NCBI GenBank assembly: GCA_963678315.1
Contig: OY782781.1
Location: 2,656,001-2,720,000 of the forward strand
Direction: 5' to 3'
DNA length: 64,000 nt
Origin: Candidatus Cloacimonadales bacterium
GTDB lineage: Bacteria; Cloacimonadota; Cloacimonadia; Cloacimonadales; JAFGVF01
A model generated the notes under the pieces. It had not been told where the DNA came from and did not search any database. It was given only the letters and a program-made list of their open reading frames with translations. The translations under genes were made by a program, and so were the position numbers. Shown in pieces: positions 15,001 through 20,800 of this stretch (position 1 is its first letter; each line of letters opens with the position of its first letter).

Positions 15001-16949
15001 TCAGGAACTATTGTTGGAGTAATTAATCTAACAAGTGAACCTGAGTCAGAATGGCTATATGCTTTATAACTGAAATCACCAGACTGAGAAGTTCCTTCAT
15101 TTCTTACCCCGTAAGCATCACCTGTAGAAGTAACTTCTGTTTCCCAACCTAGGAATTCGTCAGCAACTTCAAAACCTTGAGTATAATTACTTTCTAAAGT
15201 ATAAATAGTTGGATCTAAAGCATCACCAGTTAAAGCAATATTATAAGCATCACCTTGATCATGATTAATTACTAAAGTTGCTGAATGTGATCCAACTGTT
15301 GTAGGTTCATAAACAACATTAGCGATATATGAGAATCCAGGACCTATTGATGTAACAGCATTATCAGTGAATGAGAATTGTGTAGCATCAGTTCCAGTAA
15401 TTTCAACAGTTCCAACTTCAATTAATCCACCACCAATATTAGTAAGTGATACTACTTGAGAATCACTTTGGCTGTTTATAACATGAGTATCAAAAGCTAA
15501 TGCTTCAGTGTTAATAACAGGTTCAGGTATTGTAGGAATTTCACCTAATGTAAAAGCTGTTACTGGAAGTTGTGATTTCAAAGTACCAGTAGGGAAGTTT
15601 CCAAATCCTAGAGCATAAGGATTTGTTCCATCAGCATGATAATGTAATGATCTATTATCCTCAATGCTAAAAGCATAAAATTCATCTGAACTTGTGTGAT
15701 ATCCTGATGTAGTTTCAAATATACAAACAACAAGATTATCAACATTATTGTAGATAAAAGGCATATCAAGTTCAAGAGTAACTAATGGATTATCAGCTGA
15801 AACAACCATGTCACCATTAAAAACTTCAGTTAATCCATCATTAAACCAATCACTTGTAGCATTAAAAGCAGTTGAACCAGTATGTCCCATATAGATAACT
15901 ACATTATCTGTAAAAGAACTATTTGGATTTTGATTAAATACATAAGTAATTTCTGTAATTGTTTGATCAACAATATTTAATTCAGATTGTAAATAAATAC
16001 TTTGAGTCAAAGAGTAACCATAAAATGGTTCAATAGGTAGACCTGTATTTGTTAAGTAGTCACCAGTAAGAACAACTTGGTCTTCACTAAATATAGTTGT
16101 TGTAAAAGTACCTTCATTTTCTATTTGTAATGCTGCAGATGTATTAATCGCAACAACTTTCCAATAATATGTTGTATTTAAATCTAAACCACTATAAGCA
16201 TAAGGTGATGTTGCACCTTCAACCATTGTAGCATCAGTAAAATCAGCATTGTCAGCTAAAATTAAATTTATACGATCTGTGTTTTCACCAATAGTCCATT
16301 CTAAGTTGCCAGAAGTAGCTACATTGTTAGCACCATCAGCAGGAGATGTTAGTTCTGGCATTGCAGGTTCATTAGCCAATTCCCAAACAACTTTTGTGTT
16401 AGGGTAGTAATCAGCACCGGTACCGTTTGTTTCAGGGAATGAGCCATCAGCATACTTGTATGCACCAGCACCTGTTGCAGTTGTTCTATAAAATAAAGGA
16501 TAACCTGATGCATAAGAGCCATCACGATTTTCCCAGATAATTTCAATGTTTGAAGTTCCATCATAAGCAAATGGTGTATCTAAAGTAACACCTTGCCATC
16601 CTGAACCTGTCCATGTTAAATCACCAGTCCAAACTTGACTATAAGAACTTAAATCTGAAACATAATCAGCAGTAACTGTAGTTTCTGTAGTTAATTTCAT
16701 ATATAGAGTTTGACTATTAGTTTCATAACCTGAAGGTGTATTTGAAACATTAAATTGGATTTCAGTAATATCTATTGCAGAAGTAACAGCATCACCAGGT
16801 AAAATGAAATGTGACCAACTATTATCATAATATCCATATAGTGGTAGATAGCTAGTAGGTGATGTTTCCTCACCTATTGTAGCTGAAGCAGCAAACAAAG
16901 CTGATAAAGTAAAAACAAATAGCGTAAGCACTAAAATAACTTTCCTCAT
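1..16949 (-). CDS. Giant secreted multidomain surface protein/adhesin, at least 5,649 aa, 3' end beyond the left window edge (FN3, PKD, LamG x3, GLUG, TolB-like and other beta-propellers, ASH/choice-of-anchor-D Ig, cleaved-adhesin-like, cadherin-like domains)
   Basis: ATG at 16949 preceded by AGGAG. N-terminus MRKVILVLTLFVFTLSALFAA is a signal peptide. The same frame still reads as protein at the left edge (...ERAPLGFYAD), and the ORF track lists no closed ORF in this frame, consistent with no stop. Manual translation shows YLWDFGDG (PKD), YQYYVTAVY (FN3), WYH..IDDIRFY/LDDIRIY (LamG), GGLVG repeats (GLUG) and WSPD/FSPDG (PD40). Confidence 0.93.
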   Translation of the reverse strand, partial: MRKVILVLTLFVFTLSALFAASATIGEETSPTSYLPLYGYYDNSWSHFILPGDAVTSAIDITEIQFNVSNTPSGYETNSQTLYMKLTTETTVTADYVSDLSSYSQVWTGDLTWTGSGWQGVTLDTPFAYDGTSNIEIIWENRDGSYASGYPLFYRTTATGAGAYKYADGSFPETNGTGADYYPNTKVVWELANEPAMPELTSPADGANNVATSGNLEWTIGENTDRINLILADNADFTDATMVEGATSPYAYSGLDLNTTYYWKVVAINTSAALQIENEGTFTTTIFSEDQVVLTGDYLTNTGLPIEPFYGYSLTQSIYLQSELNIVDQTITEITYVFNQNPNSSFTDNVVIYMGHTGSTAFNATSDWFNDGLTEVFNGDMVVSADNPLVTLELDMPFIYNNVDNLVVCIFETTSGYHTSSDEFYAFSIEDNRSLHYHADGTNPYALGFGNFPTGTLKSQLPVTAFTLGEIPTIPEPVINTEALAFDTHVINSQSDSQVVSLTNIGGGLIEVGTVEITGTDATQFSFTDNAVTSIGPGFSYIANVVYEPTTVGSHSATLVINHDQGDAYNIALTGDALDPTIYTLESNYTQGFEVADEFLGWETEVTSTGDAYGVRNEGTSQSGDFSYKAYSHSDSGSLVRLITPTIVPELDPYRIRFWAKGDGYIRLGRLNTSDELTELDSLELTSTFAEYAVNMDPTRSNDKIVFDINFDGTYDNVYLDDILIEEVPEGSQISFVPDSVDCGLYLQNEVVADSVLVTITNTGAAEALITEISVGDDNNFEVLYEETLPYSLEPGSSIIVYPRGLTSYIGDHESTLVIKEQNPGNPFLPIIHTIPITCEVLDDIGDTHNDPFVLTYADSIYAEGTTTIYNSDYDFTTSQDVVYRLTLETDRLMTISLLDSPFDTKMWVFNSLTQIEEATQNEDAWYYNDDETDAGTGGRFVEGPKTRDRGLWSKMNQSLAQAGDYYIVVAGYGTASGDYQVQIDLEDIPAPMQATAPTPEDDAVEQLTTVTLQWTNAEWTTMNDIYFGQAGNMVLVEEDIVATEEYSAMNLFADTEYEWKVVCKNLSGQTPADSVATWSFTTIGVVPDAVQYLSPNSLGTDIARTGSLEWEEAMGASGYNVYLSTDQTFAGLTAVDVTTNSYTYSNLDYGTRYYWKVIPYNILGSATEGVETWQFETLANPFPTADLVFDGDRGTYPALPIDAGYSYYVSQSIYYQSELDIDNHSITDISYLYDNNSAWTDNVVIYMGHTNKETFSDSYDWVITGLTQVYDGQLETTTDVPIVNLVLDTPFIYNNVDNLVVCVFETSSGSHSYSDDFYTYPVEGNRSIYDSDYYDAQDQTWATVPQGSLKAYIPVSGFNFQEVAQEPVFSVSADTLTFANQVMDTASDPQTVTVSNLGHGDLVIASVALTGTNAVEFDLVDGNTYPDTLSTGEILSFTLAFSPETLGDHTATIEITDDQRAVHTVAIVGNSIDTNIYAEGLPYTNSFEENDSFIGWENNIQTTSSYAAITVDTSPTNAHTGSKSIEFYDSSDQDADMMLISPVIVPDFNGNRAKFWMKGDTEGQLIFALYDASMDVLTAIDTIDVPLTYTQFIYEFDTSMTNKRLVFRPIFGGINDFVYLDDIAFEAIPQEPIGQVTETELAFGEVNVGVTSITQSFNFSNVGTGELIVSNVEISGSDAGMFTFDGITLPDTLLANEMVELNVTFSPTSAGDKTATLIITDNTQIGTYTVNLTGNGFVPPTGSICYDPLVLTFPAVDVAGNTGDFGDDYSSNMISPNSNYLNGDDVVYQFTLATDVTLDGTIVTTGSWMGAFILADEPNAATPAAVEIQKTTSSTTLTYTAEALPAGTYFLIISTYPSPQAIDYTINLTATPIISPLPLAAVNPYPANSSQIDSTSVTLTWGNADYTETIDLWFGESGGREMAKLLDNVEAVEEYSISDLNPGSTYNWKVVCRNTTGETADSLATVWSFNVAESPLVAYYPLDGNVNDLSGNNLNGLNNGASACTNRFNQENSAFSFDGTDFISTTLAPIYNQNDSFSVSMWIKCGIESLGLYIAGFEQSNHQEFSYKILNDGKLQVYLRDDNHNDIALESSIIVNDNYWHNIVYLRNADSNMLELYIDGEFDNNIIDETVSTINNLNTRTFAIGANNNSSHGMRSPFVGCIDDIRFYNTVIDEEEMLSLYHENGWEGNLYSPTNLSASVENNQVQLSWSNLSMLTNLQSYKVYRDSIEIASTSDTTYTDLDLNNGDYQYYVTAVYSTGESEASNIVSVTIEEFALAGQGTEESPYQISSLVDLRFLSETPELWNQNYHFIQTADIDATDTQNWNNGAGFSPIGDYLNDNDNRRFTGSYNGQNYIISNLYINRPSTSQIGLFGCTTQANLDNISLINVNILGSNAVGGLLGLNSNSSHVSSSCATGEVIGMGVAVGGLVGSNYSNSTILSSYASVAVSSMDVTVGGLVGFNGYSSSISNSYATGTVSGSEKVGGLVGSNYSSTILNSYATGSVSGSVNIGGLVGRNSSSSISNSFWDTETTGQASSAGGGTGLTTAQMQDINTYLNAGWDFVNESDNGTDDIWVAVNNDYPHLSLEDGYSDYLYAPTNLTATVDNSDVLLSWSNLSIFDEHQSYKVYRDTLEIASTTDTTYTDSALDNGDYQYYVTAVYSTGESEASNSQDVTINMLDADFIASDTLSYINQEITFTNQSNGNITSYLWDFGDGSTSDEENPSHIYTNIGRYTVTLQISNVENEDVVTKTEYINILSQLDYGLIAYYPFNNGDLADISGYNNNGSNYGATPTIDRFGIDNRALEFNGSSSWLKVNNSNSLNINGQNSITINAWVYPTRVSGVYGYQGLVHKWGPSGSSDDQYAFELLATGKFRFHASDGQGSHFDIRSNTIAEVDNWYHVVCIYNAENNYAQLFVNGEFEVEEIWEGLSINNTNRYLEIGRNDGDGNYDDRYFQGKLDDIRIYNRPLSESDVTELYQEGGYEPPITFVADFIVDNETVVYGTELTFTDQSIGNITSWEWDFENDGEIDSTEQNPVWEYSRPGIYSVSLTIKDGTNESNMTKSGYVIVESNIDNPEDAIFLYSKKVNGIYQVFKSDATFANDIQLTYSLDNSYSPCWSPDYSKIAYKSYTTGATNSSLHVCDADGSNDTVIISNINIGLMTWHNDNQRIIYRTGVSSSEDIIKIIDIDGNNNQSFIDHVNDKDLAPNMNRMNSNQLVYIFDYGNWSPSRNIYIRDNINGTDTNIYPSNGKSDYRPLFSPDGTKVLFIETDNSYTGNNDLKYIDLSDNSVHVLHETSGSYKSMFANYLNFQGDVIYHLFDGDNPSVTYLCNAEGNSIELFKEDPTFRIWDVQFPVPLFAPTNVVTSINESNVNLTWTDMAGIANFTEYKIYRDSIEIASTSDTTYTDLDLDNGDYQYYVTAVYSTGESEASNNQDVTINMLEADFIASDTLSYINQEITFTNQSNANITSYLWDFGDGSTSNEENPIHTYSEAGNYSISLTINSIISSDQVIKNDYIQVLDEVLLISEDFENGDLNEQIEIATNGTFNYYPGIKEITNFGSAHAFGFGRSTQGASAFENFGTNMRIVFDSPTHIDHIRYKEMELYGNWGSSGYIKLDGEILPNFYIGNSPSNDHSADTIYRQREVEINEFVTELIIRVRDITTSSEIFIDDLVISTNPNMLNADFIANNTNIYEGTEVLFTNQSNGNITSYLWDFGDGTTSTEENPVHTYQESGLYTVTLTVSNDDVTQVKTKENYITVNYLNYPPVLTIPDTISFDEDTAMALDFNPYMEDNNPDADLELTVTGNDSINITINENNLVTFSAPENWYGSEIVEFYLDDHIDSRELRDVDTQEVLVVVSPVDDEPIVANPITWFGMSSGPFGDSGIINLSNVFSDVDSDIISYEAEFSGYIASTIVSNTISGDVITIETDGSMVGTGIGNVTAYTNTGQSVTDTFTIELIAEPICALLPETIEATVAVGELYYSSVRIANDGTAPLVWNVNPFSSSEWIEVSTMNGLLEAGQFIDLDLTFNAADLSAGDYNGSLRFDHNGTMGSVYDLNVNLTVEGLPEISCNTQNIDFGDVYVATSKILPLTIYNHGENDLVINNITSSSNSFSVNFTTFTIPANQNRIVNVEYVPVVSGVDNSVLSIYSNDFNNNPYSVNLTANSIEPPEMSVEYDDSEIYTLGNNLVNSSITLFNSGTSELNYNLDANESWLSFSPFMGQIDPGDSLHVLITVNGTSLDTGLNQGSFQLSSNDPNNESVTYNINIFKEIYNFTTYDNFGNHGQEESDNDLDVEIGYNSQNAPVDFLIHSNNPNPESATLLIRAYNVQSNNGGNHIVKFNGHEIGRLLGMSDSWSTTIFDIDPEILTSTLVNNVTIIVDNDFVGNNIIVDWGQLSYNDAALNASIRYIEMDKDSYYPGAIVSVTEEIDSNLSNQDIRVETSIFDPNNILVSSASRSLTIYNTQNDAFIETLDIAEQFSPGSYILRTLVFDSNSNLQQTSFERDFLVKDYDSEIAVNVDELDFGMVLSGENKVLTLRISNQGHSDLVIDDITFSNSNFTAMNDVIVIPYNNCYDLEVMFNPTSIDEYSGTMSIQSNSANNSVTIITLSGAGIANVPYIQVSEETLIFEDTYTIVPETKYVTVSNVGPANLTIDNISVSNNVYTLDNNYSGIQIGSNENITIGVEFLPTTNTNYTDNLIITSNADNEPMKVINLIGNGVIAPQVSLNPNSLDIQMNSGQSFNQEITLSNPDDNELLWSIDSNFGNSLRTHGFTRSEADFVTIDNRPAIQLNGGEFALEFWFKVDSHLGQLSNGNIANGGTQYLISKSNTSDIGFFGVYTQGLNKNLNVSLNNGQIRNYNISDNIELDQWYHLAISYSNNQLSAFLDGQKTLEREVTDFNGNQSQWILGKLSASSNYWYRFDGFLDEFRIWSSALDFNLIQNRMNCKLTGLESNLVGYWNFDNNDLDDMTAYQTDGNMHGQVNFEESDINSIPEWLTFSQNYGSCLGGESSNVEVSVDGNGLIGGTYNIDVSVNSNDPDEPIIYLPINIEVTGIPSIEITSQDMIFDNGYVNSVDTCSVLITNNGTDYLDISSISCDQPSIFIPQQSSFYIPANESRRLVVNFLPTEETLYSGTLSLITNAPGQETIGISLEGEGLLAPSILIDSYAINQELASGEVISDNLVISNTQGEDLLFSIDVEEVLSRNMIDGEFENTPTSNKGMVWVDGYLYIVSYSQAKVYKYDIDTETLVSQYPIHTTPFGITYDGSNFWIGSSSGTVYCYDNSFGLLDQFNNPLFNNPAITFNGDNLLIVPSQLVNPQIYYVSISGEIIDSQSTYFNGRMNQIVWVADHQDCELWALDYQDQIIRQFNSSTLDCTGELEYDYFDSASYALAHNGKDLWISDDSSLSSKLYRIDDGIEEFNWISVNPSSGTVSNGSNTNVNLTFNSRNLLAGNYQAKLIIDSNDVNNPREIIPIELSVTGEAEIVVETNIIDFGTIFNGQIDTRTVTIGNNGSSSLIVDNISIDNSDFSVDETSFVVQPHSTCQIQVAFAPLSSQDYDSNLQIYSNDINNPISIIELNAVSIGEPEVSISNSDLSLQLNTNSEGNSTFRINNNGNSNLDFSIYLNETSSNIRDLSGEYSDCIERAPLGFYAD
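6511..6778. repeat. Intragenic FN3-PKD cassette, copy B
   Basis: 6511-6724 matches 8797-9010 with about 7 substitutions in 214 nt by my count; 6727-6778 is identical to 10222-10273. Confidence 0.9.
8797..9065. repeat. Intragenic FN3-PKD cassette, copy A
   Basis: Near-identical to 6511-6724; more diverged over 9011-9065. Confidence 0.9.
9400..9770 (-). repeat. GLUG-type GGLVG/GGLLG peptide repeats within the giant CDS
   Basis: Five units of about 27 aa: VGGLLG, VGGLVG x3, IGGLVG, most followed by SYATG/SYAS/SCATG-type motifs. Confidence 0.8.
10154..10273. repeat. Intragenic FN3 cassette, copy C (no PKD half)
   Basis: Near-identical to 6659-6778; encodes RDSIEIASTSDTTYTDLDLNNGDYQYYVTAVYSTGESEAS. 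Confidence 0.9.
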
Positions 16950-17454
16950 TTTTTCTCCTATGCACTTTAAATTAAATTTTTATTTTTTTTAAGTAAAATC
17001 CTTTTGTGGCCTAGTTCTTACTCAAGAGATGTTGAATATGCTCAACACATTTATTAACTAATTTCAATTTATCCCAACTTCCAAGCCAACTCTTGAAAAC
17101 TAAAAAACAGTATTTTTTTATTTAAAATATTCTAAAAAGAGCTTGTTTATGGGATATTTTCATCATTCCAAAACATATATTTAACCTTTATCAATATTTC
17201 CATATAATCAAATATAAACCACTGATATATATATTATTAAGGCATAATTTGATTAAATAGTCAATAATAAATATTATTTTATCAGCGTGAAATTGTCTAA
17301 TCTCCTGTATTATATCATTTTAATAAACACATTGTTAGATATTTATGTAGTCCTAATGTCTATATATTGTTCTAAACACATATACAATCTCATATAAAAA
17401 AACATATCTTGTGGGTGATAAAATAGGAGCTAAATTTTCTTCCATCTTATTTTT

Positions 17455-17477
17455 AGCAAACATCCGTTCGTCTCTAC
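17455..17477 (-). repeat. Degenerate GTAG-type REP-like element
   Basis: TCCGTTCGTCTCTAC (17463-17477) is identical to 59013-59027; the minus strand reads GTAG-AGACGAACGGATGTTTG. Confidence 0.55.
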
Positions 17478-17733
17478 CAATTCACTTATAACTATGTTCT
17501 AAGTGAAGCCAGCACGGAGGCTGAGCGTTCCCAGTAAATCCTCACTTCTCGCTCCTAACTTCTGCATTAAGGGTCTCCTTGAAAATTTGGCCTTTTTTCA
17601 AGGTGGCAAGTAAGGGTCAACTATGATACAATGTAGCACTAGTTATATTCTACGGAAATTCATCAATCTTGATTAAACTGAAAAAGCTCATTATCTTTTA
17701 CTTGCAAATAGGAATTCATTATTTAAACTACAG

Positions 17734-17760
17734 CAAGCCTAATGCATCATCTAGGTTAAA
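17734..17760. repeat. Dispersed 27-bp intergenic repeat (inverted copy at 30063-30089)
   Basis: CAAGCCTAATGCATCATCTAGGTTAAA matches the reverse complement of 30063-30089 with 1 mismatch. Confidence 0.75.
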
Positions 17761-17819
17761 TTTCTTGACTATCTGTTGTTTGAGTTGATGATTGTATTAA
17801 AAATATCTTGGGGGATAAA

Positions 17820-20800
17820 ATGACAAAGTTTCAGAGAAATTATTTAGCATTGTTACTTGTTATCTTACTTATTCTTATCTCTTGTTCAAAGGCAAGCTAT
17901 AAGGGTGAAGATGAAAGTGGTGAAATTATTAAAGTGAAAACTGGATATGAATATGTACAGGAGCAAAATGAGAATAATGAGATAGATTCTGATAACTCAG
18001 TTTCTTATGATGCTACTGTTGTTCAGACAATTAACAATGACCAAAAAGTTATTTCTACCAGACTAAATAGCTGGAATAATAATCAAGATTATTATGAAAT
18101 TGTATTTTCTGACAAATTAAAAATCGCTTCAGCTTCTCCTGAATTTAAAGAAGCACTCACAATTAAACCAAGTATCAAAGGTAAATTTGTCTATAAAAAT
18201 GACCAAACCATCAGGTTTGAGCCTTCTGAAAACTTTAGTGCTAATACTAATTATAGGGTAACACTAAAACAAAATCTTTTATTCGATGAAGAATTACCTA
18301 AAATTGAACTATCATTTTATAACTCTACCCCATCATTAAATCTAGGAACTGTATCATTAATTCCTACAAATAATAATAAACTCAAAGTAAAGATTAACAT
18401 TGATACATACAATGGAACTTTAAGTGACCAAGAATTTATGCAGGCTGTAAAACTTGAACTTGATAGAACGAAAGTAGATCTAGATAAAATTGAAAGACAA
18501 AAAAACAATAACATTGTAATATATAGTAAAGACCTTTCTGCTACAAGTAATACACGTGTTACAGTAAGTCTCAACAACAAGTATTCTAAGATAAGGAATA
18601 GGTCTTTTACTAATAGAGTTTCTGAGATGCGTAAGCTTAGACTTTATTCCTTACGTACTGAGACATCTACAAGTGGAAAGGTAATAGTCTATGCTGAATT
18701 CTCAAAAGAGTTAAAGAAGAATCAAGTTATGGATGGTTTAGTAAAAGTTTATAAAGATGATAAGCTTATTAACTGCAAAATATCAAAATATAACAGCAAA
18801 TTAAACATCATTGGGAATTTTGAAAGAAACCAAAAATATAAAGTTGTATTCACTACTGGTATCAAAGCTGATGATGGTTCAACACTTCCACAGGAAGAGA
18901 GCAGAGAATTACAGACTTACAATATAGATAGATCAGTTGCTTTCAACGATAAAGGTATCTTTTTATCATCTGATAATGATAATGCAATTAATATCAATGT
19001 AACAAACTATTCCAAGATAAGATATAATCTTTATGAAATTCCACTTCAGAATTTTGCTGAGATGATTCATAACATAGACATCGACAATATGGCTGCTACT
19101 CAAAGCAACAATCGATATGCTTTAAGAAACATAGACTGGTTTGGAGCTCTTATTAAATCAGAAACTATTGAGCTAGATAAACAAGTCGACAAGAAGTTAA
19201 ATTATAAATTAGAGTTAGCTGATAAAATAGAAAAGGACAAAAATAAAGTATTGATTCTAAGTGTAGATGGGATTGCTGACAATAAAGATAATATTATGAC
19301 AAGCAATAACTATTGGTATTATAATGGCTCTTCATCAAAGATGATGATTCTTAGTGATTATAGTGTTTCTGCAAAAACATTTGATAATTCAATAAACATA
19401 AAGGTATCTGATATTTTAACCTTAGATAATATTTCTAATGCCGAAGTTGTTGTTAAGACTAATAACAATATCATCTATGGAAAAGGAAGAACTAACAGTC
19501 AAGGTTTTGTAAAAATCTCAAATAAAGATTTAGATTTAGTAAATAATGGCTTCTTCATTACTGTTTCAAAGAAGGATAAATTTGGATTTCTAGAAAGTTC
19601 AAGTATGTATATTGATGATACAGCTTTTGATATTCAAAGAGATTTTTCAGATAATTCTACTAAGTTCAAAGTTTTTTTAGATAGAGTTAAAATTAGACCT
19701 GGCGAAGATGTAAATATCACTTGCGTTATCAGAGATGAAAACAATGAGCTAGTTAATTCAGATATACCTACAACAATTACGATTTATGACAATCAAGGTA
19801 ATGAATTTTTAAAAGATAAACTAACTAATGGTAAATCAGGTATGTTGTCTTACAGATTTTCAACAGAAGTCACAAGTGAAACAGGAACTTGGGCAGTTGA
19901 AGTATCAAACGGCCCCAAAAAAGAAAGATTGTCTTTTAATATAGAAGAATTTGTTCCTGATAAAATTGATGTTGAGATAAGTACAGATAAAGACTATTAC
20001 ATGGCAGGAGACAGGCAATCGACAGTTACTGTAGACAATAAATATCTTTTTGGTTCTCCATTAGTTGGAAATGATTGTAATATATCTTTTCAAACTAGCA
20101 TAAACAATAGATTTGCTTATAAGAAATTTAGTGATTATGATTTTATAAGTTCTACAAACTTCGATTTTAACTCTACCAGTCCTCAAATTAGAACAATTAA
20201 AACAGATGACCAAGGAATTGTATCAACTACTTTCGATTTAATAAATGCAAGTGAAGTCTCTAGTCCTTACTTTATAACAGTTGAAGCTAAAACATCTGAT
20301 GATGGAGGAAGAGTAGTTTCAAGAAAAAAAACAAGACAAGTTTTCCCAAATGAGTATTTTATTGGCTTATATAAAGACCAATACTTGAAAAAGAAAGATG
20401 GTAAATTTAAAGTCCCTTTAGTTGTTCTAGATTATAATGAAAAGAAGGTAAGCAAGGCTTTAGAGCTTGAATATAGAGTCTATGCAAAAGAAAGAAACTG
20501 GTGGTTATCTTCTTGGGAAGCAGATCAAATTGGTTTCAAAAGTTCTGAATCAACTAAAAAGATTGCTGAAGGTGTTTTAACTAATTCTAAAAACAATGTA
20601 ATAGAATTCGAGTTGATAGATGAGAACCTTAGCGAATTCCTAGTAGAAGTTAATATAAAAGGTGATACAAGCTCTGTTATGTCTAAGAAGTACTATGATT
20701 GGTACTGGAATGACAACAATGATATTACGGAAGATACTTCTTTAGAGATAAAAACAGATAAGCCTAAATATGAAGTTGGTCAAGAAGTTAAGATTTCCAT

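Noticed and set aside
5878..16570. Short ORF-track entries at 5878, 12777, 13955 and 16349
   Set aside because: They are antisense or off-frame shadows inside the giant minus-strand CDS, with no RBS or recognisable motifs.
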